Positions 1 to 9,802 of a stretch of 64,000 nucleotides of DNA are shown one piece after another. The translations under genes were made by a program, and so were the position numbers. Numbering within the stretch: the first letter of the stretch is position 1; every line of letters starts with the position of its first letter. Source of the stretch: Chloroflexota bacterium. GTDB taxonomy: Bacteria > Chloroflexota > Anaerolineae > Aggregatilineales > Phototrophicaceae. The stretch spans positions 7,497 through 71,496 of the forward strand of contig VXNO01000017.1 in assembly GCA_009840575.1 (NCBI GenBank). Reading direction: 5' to 3'. The notes beneath the pieces are model-generated. The model made no database searches and had not been told where the DNA came from. It worked only from the letters and a program-made list of their open reading frames with translations.

Positions 1-391
1 CCGAGGTCGGCAAGCCATACTGGACGCCGTCGTAGACGAATGCCGCCACAGCCGAGGGCAGGAAGTCGTCGGCTACATCGGAAATGTCAATCTCCGCCAG
101 CAAACCATTGACAGCCATCTCGCCCAGCCAGTCATGGGGACCCATCAATACATCGGGGCCTTCGCCAGCCGGGGCGGCGGTCTTAAATTGGTCGCGGATA
201 TCGCCAAAGCCAACCTCATGCACGACGACCGGAATATCGTAGTCGGCGGTGAATTGGGCGGCGATTTCTTCGACGACCGGCGCATGGGCTTCGTCCGCCC
301 AGATGATCAGCCCGTCGTCCTGCGCCGAAACAGCCAGGACGGTCACCATCAGCAGAATGGCGAGTATTAAGAACAACTTGGTGAGTTTCAT
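1..391 (-). CDS. ABC sugar-transporter substrate-binding protein (family-1 SBP, MalE-like), N-terminal part; gene continues beyond window start
   Basis: Own minus-strand translation from ATG at 391-389: [47 protein letters not shown]...[24 protein letters not shown]... It shows a signal peptide plus typical SBP N-terminal motifs. It is absent from the ORF track because there is no stop in the window. Confidence 0.7.
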   Translation of the reverse strand, partial: MKLTKLFLILAILLMVTVLAVSAQDDGLIIWADEAHAPVVEEIAAQFTADYDIPVVVHEVGFGDIRDQFKTAAPAGEGPDVLMGPHDWLGEMAVNGLLAEIDISDVADDFLPSAVAAFVYDGVQYGLPTS

Positions 392-479
392 AGCGTTTTC
401 CTCTGTATGGATAGGTATTGAGACACTTGATGCAGTGTAACAAGTATAAACTGTAGGGGTTTTTGTGCAAGTGCCTGCT

Positions 480-890
480 TCAGCCTAGCTGCTGCGGCGA
501 AAGGCGGCGCAGGTATTCCCAGGTGTAGATGCCGGTGTGGTGGCCATCATCCCAACTGGGCTGCAGCGCATAATTGCCCACCGCGCTCAAGCCGGTGATG
601 CGATAGGAGCGGGCAGGCGTCAAGGTGAGCAGATCGTCGGGGGCGAAAGCCATGCCCATGTTGGCGTGGCCACCGCGGCATTGCACGCAGGGGCAGGCTT
701 CGCGCAGTTGCGCCAGCGGATACTGGCTGACGAGGCCATCGTCCCAGCGGATTACCAACTCCGCCTTGCCTTTGTCCAGGGTAATGTGGCTTGGCTTGGC
801 GTCCATACTTGGCGCATCACCTCGCAACCGCGCTTGCTTCCAGCGCGTAATGGCTTCATAGCGGCAACCGAGTTGCGTGTATTCTAGCAC
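480..890 (-). CDS. DUF971 (gamma-butyrobetaine hydroxylase-like N-terminal domain) protein
   Basis: ORF track 136 aa. ..[30 protein letters not shown].. and ..[16 protein letters not shown].. fit the DUF971 pattern. The true start may be the internal Met at 806. Confidence 0.6.
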   Translation of the reverse strand: MLEYTQLGCRYEAITRWKQARLRGDAPSMDAKPSHITLDKGKAELVIRWDDGLVSQYPLAQLREACPCVQCRGGHANMGMAFAPDDLLTLTPARSYRITGLSAVGNYALQPSWDDGHHTGIYTWEYLRRLSPQQLG

Positions 891-958
891 ACAGGCACAG
901 CCCTGTCTGCCTTAGTCGCCAGCTTGCCCATCTGCTAGGATAGGGTCGCGCTGGCAAA

Positions 959-3523
959 ATGACGAAAGCAAGGTGCGCCATCAGACCTTTCGATAACTTG
1001 CGGCGACATGAACTCGACCCCGATACGCCGCTGGACTTTACTATCGCGGCGGATGCCCGCGGCAGCCGCACCGATTATTGCGATGACCAAGCCTGGCGCG
1101 TGAAACTGGGGACGCGCAATGAACCCGTGCTGGCGCTCCAGACGCAATTTGGCGGACGCGCCGACCTCGTCAGCCTGGAGCCCAGCATTCGCAGCGGCGA
1201 TATGATTTATCATCAGCAGTGGGCGTATGCGCGAAGCCCTGTCGTAACGCATTTCGCGCCGAACTTGATTCAGCTTGAGGCGTCGCTAAGCCCGGATTTG
1301 CAGTTGGTCGCGCGTTTCTGGGCGATGGAATCGCGGGCGGCTGGCGGTGAACTCCAACTGAAGAATCTCGGCGGCAAAGACATCACGCTGCAATTGGAAT
1401 TGCATGGCAGCGTAATCATCGGCGGGCGCAAACGCAAGCTGAATATGCTGACCCTGGCCGATGGCACATTGGCGCTGCACCTGGGCGAAATCGGCAATAT
1501 CAATCCTGTGCTTACGCTGGAAGGCGCAAGCAGCGAAATCTATGGCTGGCGCATCCGCAATGCCAAGCTAGGGATGCGCCTTAGGCTCTTGGCAGGGCAT
1601 TCAGCGCGCATTCCCTTTGTCTGCGCGGGGCTGGCGGACTTGCGTGATTCCTTCAGCCTGGCGATGAACTGGCTGTCACGCCCTTGGGATAGGCACTACG
1701 CGCAGATTGACCGCCAAGCCGCCGCTGTGCCAAAAATCAGCACGGGGAATGCCGATTGGGATCTCGTCATCGACTGGTCTACCGCTACCCTGCTGAAAGC
1801 CTTCTTGAATGCCACCGATGCCCTGCCAGAGCCGTCATTCGTCGGCGGGCGGGCGGTGAATCGCGGCTGGAGTCGCAATGGGCGCGGCGACGACCACATC
1901 CGCAGTTGGGCTGGGCAAGACCCGACCGTCGCCTATCTCGCCCTTCCCGCCATCGCTACCATTGAGCCGGCTTTCGCCAAGGCGATCATCCGCAATTACC
2001 TCGCAACTCAGGACGCCAGCGGCTTCGTTGACCGACAGCCGGGCTTGGCTGGGCAGCGCCAAGATATGCTGATGATGCCTTTGCTGGCACGCATGAGCTG
2101 GCTGATGGTCGAGCGGACAGCCGACATTGAATTTGCCCAAGAAGTATTCCCTGCCTTGCAGAAGTTTTTCCAGCGCTGGTTCGCCGCTGACATGGATGCC
2201 GATGGCGATGGGCTGCCCGAATGGCAATCAGAGCGGCAGATGGGTTATGTGGCTTTCCCGACTTTTGGCTCGGGGCGCGGCTGGTCGCAGGGCGCGGATA
2301 CCCGTCTGTTTGAATGCCCTGACCTGCTGGCTTATTTGATATCGGAAGCTGCCGCTTTAGTCCAACTGGCGCAAGAATTGGACGATGACGAATCGCAGAC
2401 GAAGCACAGCCAAACGCTCGCAGCTTTGGAAGCCGGGCTGGAGGCGCTCTGGGTGGGACGGCGCTATGGCTACCGCGACCGCGACACGCATGTACACAAC
2501 GTTGGCAGGGAGCTGCTGCGGGGTGGCGCTGGCGATGAGCGGCATATCATCAACGAGCGTTTTGCGCAGCCCGCCCGCGTGCTGGCGCGCATCGTCGGCG
2601 GCGTCAGCCAAGCGCCGCGCATCCGCCTCAAGCTGGACGGGCTGGACATCCATGGCGCGCCTTGCACGGTCGAAGCTGCTGCTGATGAAATCCGCTGGCA
2701 AAACCGCCAGGGGGTATTCACTTCTCCTCAACCCTTATCGGCTTTGCACAGCCTCGAAGTCGAGGGGCTGAGCCGCGTTTACAAGGTTTACGCCAGCGCC
2801 ATCGACAGCAGCCGGCTGGATATCAACGCGCTGCTGCCCCTGTGGACGGGTCGTCTGCCGCGAGCGCGCGCCCAATCATTGGTGGCTTTGGCGCTGGATG
2901 AGTCGCATTTCCTGCGGGCTAACGGCTTGTCCATGGTCAGCGCCAGCGACCCGGACTTCGACCCGTCCAATGTCCGTGGCGGTGGCGGCATCTGGATGTT
3001 TTGGCAGGCCTTGCTGGGCGAAGGTATGTTGGCGGCTGGCTTCCGCGCTGAATCGACCGCCCTGTTGCAGCGGGTACTGACGCGCCTAAGCGCTGTGCTG
3101 GGGCGCGAAGGGCGGCTGGCGCAGTTTTATCATGCCGATGAGATTCAAGGCTTCGGCGAAGCACAGCATGTGGCTGGCAGCCTGCCGCTGAAGTGGCTAA
3201 ACGATGCCCTGGGCATACAGATTCGCACTGCTGCCAGTGTGTGGGTCGGTGGCGAATTTAGCTGGGGCGCGCCCATCCGCATTGAGCAGCACGGCGTCAT
3301 CGTGCAACGCAGCGCCGCCGGTACGGAAATCCACTTTCCCTCCGGGTATAAGGAAGCGCTGCCCGCCGATGCGCCTGACCAACTGGTCATTGACCCCACA
3401 CTGACCAGGGGTGATATAGAAGAAAGGCCAGCCCTACCCGCTCCGCCCGTGCCCGCCGACCCCGACCGCGGCACAGTCGTCATCGAAGTAGAAGACGATG
3501 CAGACAGCGACACTGAGGACTAG
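959..3523 (+). CDS. Large (alpha/alpha)6 six-hairpin glycoside-hydrolase-like protein (GH63/GH15/debranching-enzyme-like) with acidic C-terminal tail
   Basis: 854-aa ORF. Segments ..DADGDGLPEWQSE.. and ..NGLSMVSASDPDFDP...GGIWMFWQALLGEGMLAAGF.. resemble six-hairpin GH catalytic-domain motifs. C-terminus is ..VVIEVEDDADSDTED. Family assignment is tentative. Confidence 0.45.
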   Translation: MTKARCAIRPFDNLRRHELDPDTPLDFTIAADARGSRTDYCDDQAWRVKLGTRNEPVLALQTQFGGRADLVSLEPSIRSGDMIYHQQWAYARSPVVTHFAPNLIQLEASLSPDLQLVARFWAMESRAAGGELQLKNLGGKDITLQLELHGSVIIGGRKRKLNMLTLADGTLALHLGEIGNINPVLTLEGASSEIYGWRIRNAKLGMRLRLLAGHSARIPFVCAGLADLRDSFSLAMNWLSRPWDRHYAQIDRQAAAVPKISTGNADWDLVIDWSTATLLKAFLNATDALPEPSFVGGRAVNRGWSRNGRGDDHIRSWAGQDPTVAYLALPAIATIEPAFAKAIIRNYLATQDASGFVDRQPGLAGQRQDMLMMPLLARMSWLMVERTADIEFAQEVFPALQKFFQRWFAADMDADGDGLPEWQSERQMGYVAFPTFGSGRGWSQGADTRLFECPDLLAYLISEAAALVQLAQELDDDESQTKHSQTLAALEAGLEALWVGRRYGYRDRDTHVHNVGRELLRGGAGDERHIINERFAQPARVLARIVGGVSQAPRIRLKLDGLDIHGAPCTVEAAADEIRWQNRQGVFTSPQPLSALHSLEVEGLSRVYKVYASAIDSSRLDINALLPLWTGRLPRARAQSLVALALDESHFLRANGLSMVSASDPDFDPSNVRGGGGIWMFWQALLGEGMLAAGFRAESTALLQRVLTRLSAVLGREGRLAQFYHADEIQGFGEAQHVAGSLPLKWLNDALGIQIRTAASVWVGGEFSWGAPIRIEQHGVIVQRSAAGTEIHFPSGYKEALPADAPDQLVIDPTLTRGDIEERPALPAPPVPADPDRGTVVIEVEDDADSDTED

Positions 3524-3526
3524 GAC

Positions 3527-5332
3527 GTGATGCTGCGCAGACGCAGGCGGGAAACCAAGCGGGGGATGGAGCGCGAAGTGCCGACGACGCCCATGCAGTG
3601 GCGGCGGCTGCTGGCTTATCTATCCAGCTACAAGCTGCGTCTGCTGGCGGCGACAGTCGGGCTGGTCTTCGCGGCTGCGCTGAGCCTGGTCTTCCCCGCC
3701 GTCCTGCAGCAAATCATCGATTCGGTCTTCAGTGAGGCGAATGTGGCGCAGCTGGACATCATCACCCTGGCGTTATTGGGCGTATTTCTTCTGCGCTCAC
3801 TAGCCAGCTTTGTGCAGACCTACAACATGAATTATGTCGGCGAGAAGATCGTGGTCGATATGCGCTGCCAGCTATACGCGCATTTGCAGTCATTGTCGCT
3901 GCGCTATTACGCCGACCGGCGCGTTGGTGAATTAATCAGCCGCTTGTCCTCCGATGTAACTGTCGTGCGCACTGTGCTCACCGGCAACATCGCCACCGTG
4001 CTGCAGCAAGCGCTCACGCTCGTCGGCGCGGTGGCGGTCATGTTCTGGCTGAATTGGCGGTTGACGCTGTTCATCATCGTGCTGATGCCGCTGGTGGTCG
4101 TGGTCGGCACCGTGCTAGGCAGAGCCATCCAGCGCACCAGCACGCGTGTCCAGGATGAGCTGGCGGGCGCGACCATCGTGGCTGAAGAAGTCTTTCAAAA
4201 TATCCGCGAGGTCAAGAGCTTCGTCCGCGAATCCTACGAAATCCAGCGCTTCAACAGCGCGATTGATGTGGCTTTTCGCGCGGCGGTCAAGCTGTTGACT
4301 GTGCGCTCGGTCTTCACGCCTATCATCGCTTTTATCGCCTTCTCGGGCTTGGCGCTGATTTTGTGGTTTGGCGGCCGCGAGGTGCTGGACGGGCGGCTGA
4401 CGGCGGGCGAACTAATCGCCTTTTTGATTTATGGCTTGACTGTGGCGGGCAGCTTCGCGGGTGTCATCGGCGTCTATTCGCAGTTGCAAGAAGCGCTGGG
4501 GGCGACCAAGCGGGTCTTTGAAATCCTGGATACGCAACCCGATGTGCAAGACGCCTTTGATGCGCGCAAGCTCCAGCCAGTGCAAGGCGCGATTGCGCTG
4601 CGCGGACTCAGCTTTGCTTATGAGGCGGAGCAAGTTGTGCTGCGCGATATCGACCTGGAGATCGCCGCGGGGGAGATCATCGCCCTGGTCGGGCCGAGCG
4701 GCGCGGGCAAAAGCACCTTATTCAACCTGATTCCGCGCTTCTATGACCCCGACTCGGGCGCGATACTTGTGGACGGCAGCGACATCCGCGGCATCACCCA
4801 GGCCAGCCTGCGCGAACAGATTGGCATCGTCCCGCAAGAGACGCTGCTCTTTGGCGGCAGCATCCGCGAGAATATCCTCTACGGCAAGCTGGAAGCCAGC
4901 GAAGCGGAGATGGTCGCCGCAGCCCGCTCCGCCAACGCCCACGACTTCATCAGCCAGTTGCCGAATGGCTATGACACTGTGGTCGGCGAGCGCGGCATCA
5001 AGCTCAGCGGCGGGCAGCGCCAGCGAGTCGCCATCGCCCGCGCCTTGTTGAAAGACCCGGCTATCCTGCTGCTGGATGAAGCGACATCCAGCCTGGATAA
5101 CGAAAGCGAACAACTGGTGCAGGAAGCGCTGGGACGGCTGATGCGCGACCGCACCACCCTCATCATCGCCCACCGCCTCAGCACCGTGCGCGTTGCCCAC
5201 CGCATCGCCGTGCTGGAGGAAGGGCGCATCATCGAGCTGGGCACGCATGAGCAACTCATGGCGGCGCGGGGTTTGTATGCCCGGCTTTATGAGATGCAAT
5301 TCCGCGAGGCCGACCTGCTCGCCAGCGCATGA
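3527..5332 (+). CDS. ABC exporter, fused permease/ATPase (ABCB/MsbA-like)
   Basis: Six-TM N-terminal half; Walker A GPSGAGKST, signature LSGGQRQRVAIARA, Walker B ILLLDEATS. Starts 4 nt after the preceding stop. Confidence 0.9.
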   Translation: MMLRRRRRETKRGMEREVPTTPMQWRRLLAYLSSYKLRLLAATVGLVFAAALSLVFPAVLQQIIDSVFSEANVAQLDIITLALLGVFLLRSLASFVQTYNMNYVGEKIVVDMRCQLYAHLQSLSLRYYADRRVGELISRLSSDVTVVRTVLTGNIATVLQQALTLVGAVAVMFWLNWRLTLFIIVLMPLVVVVGTVLGRAIQRTSTRVQDELAGATIVAEEVFQNIREVKSFVRESYEIQRFNSAIDVAFRAAVKLLTVRSVFTPIIAFIAFSGLALILWFGGREVLDGRLTAGELIAFLIYGLTVAGSFAGVIGVYSQLQEALGATKRVFEILDTQPDVQDAFDARKLQPVQGAIALRGLSFAYEAEQVVLRDIDLEIAAGEIIALVGPSGAGKSTLFNLIPRFYDPDSGAILVDGSDIRGITQASLREQIGIVPQETLLFGGSIRENILYGKLEASEAEMVAAARSANAHDFISQLPNGYDTVVGERGIKLSGGQRQRVAIARALLKDPAILLLDEATSSLDNESEQLVQEALGRLMRDRTTLIIAHRLSTVRVAHRIAVLEEGRIIELGTHEQLMAARGLYARLYEMQFREADLLASA

Positions 5333-6009
5333 CTCTGCTCGTCTTGCTGCTGGGACTGGGATTCGGCTGCTTCTTGATTTGGTGGCTGCTGATTGAGACT
5401 GAAGGCGTCTACCTGGGGCGGCGCGTTGTCATCGCCTTATACGACCTGGTGGCGCATCGCTACGACCGCATCAAGCAATTCGATGAGGTTGCCGACCAAA
5501 TCCTGATTGCGCAGGCGCTGCTGGCTGCCACCGCGCCCAAGACCGGCCCGCTCATCCTGGATGTGGCGACGGGCACAGGCCGCGTCCCCCTGCTGATGGC
5601 GCGCAACGCCGGCTTTGACGGGCATGTCGCGGGCATCGACGCCAGCCAGCGTATGCTGTCTGTGGCGCAAGAGAAAACATCTGCGCAGGACTTCGCCAGC
5701 TTCATCACCTTGCTGCGGGCGGACGCGACCGGGCTGCCCTTCCCCGCCGAGCGGTTTGATGCGGTAACTTGCCTGGAAGCGCTGGAATTTATGCCCGACC
5801 AAGCGGCTGCCTTGGCAGAGATGGCGCGCGTCTTGGCCCCGGGCGGGACGTTGCTGACCACCATTCGCATCGACACCCGCTGGATGCCCGACCGCGCCTG
5901 GGATGAACCAAAAATGCGCGCGGCTCTTGAGGCGCTGGGGCTGCGCGATATTCACTTCGCCATCTGGCAAGAAGACTACAGCCAGGTCTGGGCGCGCAAG
6001 CCACTGTGA
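5329..6009 (+). CDS. Class I SAM-dependent methyltransferase with N-terminal TM helix
   Basis: ATGA overlap with the ABC exporter stop. Hydrophobic N-terminus MTLLVLLLGLGFGCFLIWWLL; SAM motif I LDVATGTG; ..LAPGGTLL.. motif. Confidence 0.75.
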   Translation: MTLLVLLLGLGFGCFLIWWLLIETEGVYLGRRVVIALYDLVAHRYDRIKQFDEVADQILIAQALLAATAPKTGPLILDVATGTGRVPLLMARNAGFDGHVAGIDASQRMLSVAQEKTSAQDFASFITLLRADATGLPFPAERFDAVTCLEALEFMPDQAAALAEMARVLAPGGTLLTTIRIDTRWMPDRAWDEPKMRAALEALGLRDIHFAIWQEDYSQVWARKPL

Positions 6010-6104
6010 GGGCATCCCCTCAGTCCGTCCCGACGAGTTCAGAGGGAAGCAAGGCGCTCGCGTATTCTTCTGATGAGTAGGTTGGCGGGTTTCATTTTGC
6101 TGCA

Positions 6105-7910
6105 TTGCTCAGGCAAGTAGCCCCTACTTACAAACAAGCGTCTTTGCTAGACTGCGCCTGTCGCCATTTACACAGGAAAACCGCTTTGCAACAACTAAAC
6201 AAGACGTTGGAAGTCGCTATAGAAAGCGCGTTGCTAGCCGCACAGGAAAACGGCGAACTTCCGCCATTCGCTATTCCGCGCATCCCGGTCAGCCCGCCCA
6301 AACGCAGCGCCCAAGGCGACTGGGCTTATCCAGCCATGGGATTGGCGCGGCTGGCAAAAAAAAGCCCTCTGGAAATCGCGCGGCTCATCGTCGAGCGGCT
6401 GCCAGCGCTGAATTTCCTTGACAAGCTGGAAGTCGCGCCACCCGGCTTCATCAATTGCACAATCGCCGAGGACTACTTGCGCAGACAGATTGATGCGATA
6501 GCGGCGGCTGGCGTAGATTATTTCCAACTGGAACTCGGCAAAGGCAAGCGCGCGCAGGTCGAGTTCGTCAGCGCCAACCCGAGTGGTCCAATCACCATCG
6601 GACATACGCGCAACGCTGTGGTCGGGGATGCCATGGCGCGCCTGCTGGAAGCGGCTGGTTATGCCGTGCAGCGCGAATACTATTACAACAATGCCGGCAA
6701 CCAGATGATCATCCTCGGCAAGAGCTTGCAACTGCGTTATTTGCAGCAACTGGGCGAAGACGCGCCGCTGCCCGCCGACCATTATCAAGGCGAGTACCTG
6801 GTCGAGGTTGCCCGCGACCTGGCTGCCGAGCATGGCCAATCCCTGCGCGGCGCAAGCTGGCAAGTCTTCAGAGACGCGGCTGAGCAAGTGATGTTCGGCT
6901 GGATCAAGCGCTCGCTGTCAGCTATCAACATCCAGCACGATGCCTTCTACAACGAAACCTCGCTCTTTGAATCCGAAGAAATCTGGTCTGTGCTGGAAGA
7001 CTTGCGCGCAAACGGGCATATCTACCAGTCGACGCATTGGGAGGGCGCGGACGCGGACGAGATCGCCGAGACAAGCGCCAAGGGCTACGAGCCAGCGACC
7101 TGGTTTCGCAGCGCGACCTTCGGCGATGAAAAAGACCGCGTCATGGTCAAGAGCGATGGCGTGCCGACCTATACCCTGCCCGATATCGCCTATCACCGCG
7201 ACAAACTCCGGCGCGGCTTCGATGTCGCTGTCATTGTCTTGGGCACCGACCATTTTTCGCAGGCGCAAGTCGTCAAATGCGGCATCCGCGCTTTGGGGCT
7301 AGACCCCGCGCCGATTGATGTCATCTTCCTGCAGATGGTGCGCGCCGTGCGCTGGGATGAAGAACGGGGAGAGTATGAAGCGGTCAAGCAATCCAAGCGC
7401 TCGGGCGACTTCGACACGCTGGATGACCTGGTCGCCATGACCAGCGCCGATGCCGTGCGCTATCACATGCTGGCGCGCAGCCCCAATTCGCAGTTGGACT
7501 TTGATGTCGACCAGGTTGTCAAACAGAGCAATGACAACCCCGTCTATTACATTCAAAATGCCTATGTGCGCTGCGCGGGCATCTTCCGCGAGGCGGCTGA
7601 ACGCCGACTTTGCGATGCGGATGCCGACCTGAGCTTGCTGGGCGAAAGCGAGCTGCGCTTCACCCGCAAGGCGCTGGAAATTGGCAATTGTATAGAGCAG
7701 GCGGTGCGCAACTATGAGCCGCAAAAAATCGCCTTCTTCGCGCAGGAACTAGCGGGCGTCTTCCATCCAATTTATGATCAAGTGCGCGTTCTGCACAGCG
7801 AAGTGCCAGTCGAGACCGCCAAAGCGCGGCTGCGCTTTTATCGGGCGGCACAGGCGATATTCGGCTATCTCCTGGACCTGATGGGCATGAGCGCGCCAGA
7901 AAGAATGTGA
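6105..7910 (+). CDS. argS: Arginine--tRNA ligase
   Basis: ..VEFVSANPSGPITIGHTRNAVVGD.. (class I HIGH-type region), ..LGTDHFSQ.., DALR-type anticodon-binding C-terminus ending ..PERM. A likelier start is the in-frame TTG at 6186, preceded by AGGAAA (6174-6179). Confidence 0.9.
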   Translation: MLRQVAPTYKQASLLDCACRHLHRKTALQQLNKTLEVAIESALLAAQENGELPPFAIPRIPVSPPKRSAQGDWAYPAMGLARLAKKSPLEIARLIVERLPALNFLDKLEVAPPGFINCTIAEDYLRRQIDAIAAAGVDYFQLELGKGKRAQVEFVSANPSGPITIGHTRNAVVGDAMARLLEAAGYAVQREYYYNNAGNQMIILGKSLQLRYLQQLGEDAPLPADHYQGEYLVEVARDLAAEHGQSLRGASWQVFRDAAEQVMFGWIKRSLSAINIQHDAFYNETSLFESEEIWSVLEDLRANGHIYQSTHWEGADADEIAETSAKGYEPATWFRSATFGDEKDRVMVKSDGVPTYTLPDIAYHRDKLRRGFDVAVIVLGTDHFSQAQVVKCGIRALGLDPAPIDVIFLQMVRAVRWDEERGEYEAVKQSKRSGDFDTLDDLVAMTSADAVRYHMLARSPNSQLDFDVDQVVKQSNDNPVYYIQNAYVRCAGIFREAAERRLCDADADLSLLGESELRFTRKALEIGNCIEQAVRNYEPQKIAFFAQELAGVFHPIYDQVRVLHSEVPVETAKARLRFYRAAQAIFGYLLDLMGMSAPERM

Positions 7911-7919
7911 GGGAATGCC

Positions 7920-8474
7920 GTGGGACTAAAACCCGACCACTGGATCAAAGACATGGCGCGCCGTCACCGCATGATCGAGCCTTTTGTCGATTCCCAGGTG
8001 CGCGATGGCGCGATAAGTTATGGCGTGTCTTCCTATGGCTATGACATGCGCGTCTCGGACGAATTCAAGATTTTCACCAATGTGCGCTCGGCGGTGGTGG
8101 ATCCCAAGCATTTCGACACCGCGTCCTTCGTGGACTTCCGCGGCGATGTCTGCATCATCCCGCCCAACTCCTTTGTGCTGGCTCGCTCCGTCGAATACTT
8201 CCGCATCCCGCGCCGGGTGCTGACCATCTGCCTGGGCAAGTCGACCTACGCCCGTTGTGGCTTGATTGTCAATGTAACGCCTTTTGAGCCGGAATGGGAA
8301 GGCTATGTAACATTGGAAATCAGCAATACCACGCCGCTGCCTGCCAAGGTCTATGCCAACGAGGGCTTGGCGCAGGTGCTGTTCTTCGAAGCCGACGAAG
8401 TCTGCGAGCAATCCTATGCCGATAAAAAAGGCAAATACCAGGGGCAAACTGGCGTGACGCCGCCGCGTATGTAG
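7920..8474 (+). CDS. dcd: dCTP deaminase
   Basis: 184 aa, GTG start. ..IEPF...[14 protein letters not shown].. and ..[31 protein letters not shown].. are typical Dcd motifs. Confidence 0.9.
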   Translation: MGLKPDHWIKDMARRHRMIEPFVDSQVRDGAISYGVSSYGYDMRVSDEFKIFTNVRSAVVDPKHFDTASFVDFRGDVCIIPPNSFVLARSVEYFRIPRRVLTICLGKSTYARCGLIVNVTPFEPEWEGYVTLEISNTTPLPAKVYANEGLAQVLFFEADEVCEQSYADKKGKYQGQTGVTPPRM

Positions 8475-8488
8475 GCGATTTTTTTCTC

Positions 8489-8516
8489 TTGACGCGCGCT
8501 GGCGATGCGCTATACT
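8489..8516 (+). promoter_or_regulatory. Putative sigma-70 promoter of tRNA-Val
   Basis: TTGACG (8489-8494), 16-nt spacer, TATACT (8511-8516). The tRNA 5' end is 13 nt downstream. Confidence 0.5.
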
Positions 8517-8528
8517 TGCCTTCGTAAG

Positions 8529-8601
8529 GGGCGATTAGCTCAATTGGCAGAGCATCCGGTTTACACCTGGAAGGTTGTAAGTTCGAGTCTTACATCGCCC
8601 A
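8529..8601 (+). tRNA. tRNA-Val (anticodon TAC)
   Basis: Hand-folded cloverleaf. Acceptor GGGCGAT/ATCGCCC, D-arm GCTC..GAGC, anticodon stem TCCGG/CTGGA with loop TTTACAC, T-arm GTAAG-TTCGAGT-CTTAC, discriminator A. CCA is not encoded. Confidence 0.9.
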
Positions 8602-8662
8602 TCATCTTCTAAAAAGGCGCTGGCAGAAGCTGGCGCTTGTTGCTTGGCGACTCCCCCTTCAT

Positions 8663-8697
8663 ATTCACCACAAAGACACTGAGGGCACAGAGGTTTG
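8663..8697 (+). repeat. Short dispersed repeat (ATTCACCACA + degenerate CACAGAGG-like units), copy 1
   Basis: attcaccacaaagacactgagggcacagaggtttg. By hand alignment, about 26/35 positions are identical to 46849-46883. Confidence 0.5.
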
Positions 8698-8718
8698 CCC
8701 GAGGGGCGAGGCGCTGGC

Positions 8719-8756
8719 TTGACGCGACTTTGTAAATTGTCTACAATAGGACAATA
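8719..8756 (+). promoter_or_regulatory. Promoter of the Opp/Dpp-type ATPase genes, overlapped by an ATTGTCTACAAT operator
   Basis: TTGACG (8719-8724), 17-nt spacer, TACAAT (8742-8747). The 12-mer ATTGTCTACAAT (8736-8747) is the exact reverse complement of the 12-mer at 25063-25074. It is followed by a second ACAAT (8752-8756). Confidence 0.6.
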
Positions 8757-8779
8757 TCAACCCGTGAGCGCTTGCCGAG

Positions 8780-9802
8780 ATGACATCCGCCGCCCGCAAC
8801 ATCCTGGAAGTCCGCGACCTGCGCACCTATTTCAAACTGCCAGAGGGCACGCTCAAGGCAGTCGATGGCGTGGACTTTGCGATTGCGCCGCGCCAGACTG
8901 TAGGCATCATCGGCGAGTCGGGCTCGGGCAAGAGCGTTACGGCGCAGTCCATTTTGCGCATCGTGCCGACGCCCGGCTACATCCAGTCCGGGCAGATACT
9001 GCTATCCCGTCCCGACGGCAGCGAAACCGACCTCTGCCAGTTGGCCCCGCGCAGCCGCAAAATCCGCGCGATCCGCGGGGCGGAAATCTCGATGGTCTTC
9101 CAGGAGCCGATGACCAGCCTGTCGCCGGTGCATACCATCGGCGCGCAGATCGTCGAAGTCATCCGCCTGCATGTAACCCGCGACAAAGTCAAAGCCAAAG
9201 GCATGGCGCTGGACATGATTAACCGCGTCGGCATCTCCAACCCTCGCCAGCGCTTTGACGAATATCCACATCAGCTATCGGGCGGCATGCGCCAGCGGGC
9301 GATGATCGCCATGGCGCTGTCTTGCAGCCCGTCTCTCCTGATCGCCGATGAGCCGACAACCGCGCTAGATGTAACTGTGCAGGCGCAAATCCTGGAATTG
9401 ATGAAAGCGCTGCAAGACGAATTTGGCATGGCGATTATGTATATCACGCATGACCTGGGCGTCATCGCCGAGATCGCCGACGAGGTTAATGTGATGTACC
9501 TGGGGCGGGTGGTGGAGCGCGCCGCGACCCGTGAGCTATTCAAGCATCCGCTGCATCCCTATACGCAGCGCCTGCTGAAATCCATTCCGCGGCTGGGCGG
9601 GCGTGGACGGCGGCTGGAAGCCATCCGCGGCAATGTGCCAGTGCCCCTCAACCCGCCCGCGCAGTGTGGCTTCTGTTCGCGCTGTGATGAATTCATGGCT
9701 GGCGCTTGTGATGCGGCGGTGCCAGCGCTGGTCGATATGGGCGGCAATCATTATGTTCGCTGCTATCTGCACAGCCAGGAAAGTGAAAAAGCTCATGCCT
9801 GA
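8780..9802 (+). CDS. Opp/Dpp-type ABC transporter ATP-binding protein (DppD/OppD-like)
   Basis: Walker A GESGSGKS, signature [15 protein letters not shown], Walker [13 protein letters not shown]. Cys-rich C-terminal oligopeptide-ABC extension. Confidence 0.9.
   Translation: MTSAARNILEVRDLRTYFKLPEGTLKAVDGVDFAIAPRQTVGIIGESGSGKSVTAQSILRIVPTPGYIQSGQILLSRPDGSETDLCQLAPRSRKIRAIRGAEISMVFQEPMTSLSPVHTIGAQIVEVIRLHVTRDKVKAKGMALDMINRVGISNPRQRFDEYPHQLSGGMRQRAMIAMALSCSPSLLIADEPTTALDVTVQAQILELMKALQDEFGMAIMYITHDLGVIAEIADEVNVMYLGRVVERAATRELFKHPLHPYTQRLLKSIPRLGGRGRRLEAIRGNVPVPLNPPAQCGFCSRCDEFMAGACDAAVPALVDMGGNHYVRCYLHSQESEKAHA

Noticed and set aside
6010-6185. Possible T-box leader upstream of argS
   Set aside because: The roughly 180-nt gap and an AGAGGGAAG element looked suggestive. 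However, I could not find the conserved T-box sequence (..GGGTGGTACCGCG..-like) or a terminator/antiterminator pair. Only small unrelated hairpins are present (GAGGG-CATC-CCCTC at about 6008-6021; AAGTAG-CCC-CTACTT at about 6114-6128).
9603-9794. Long N-terminal extension of the DppF-like ORF
   Set aside because: It would overlap the C-terminus of the DppD-like gene by 200 nt in another frame. The conserved ATPase N-terminus begins right after the Met at 9795.
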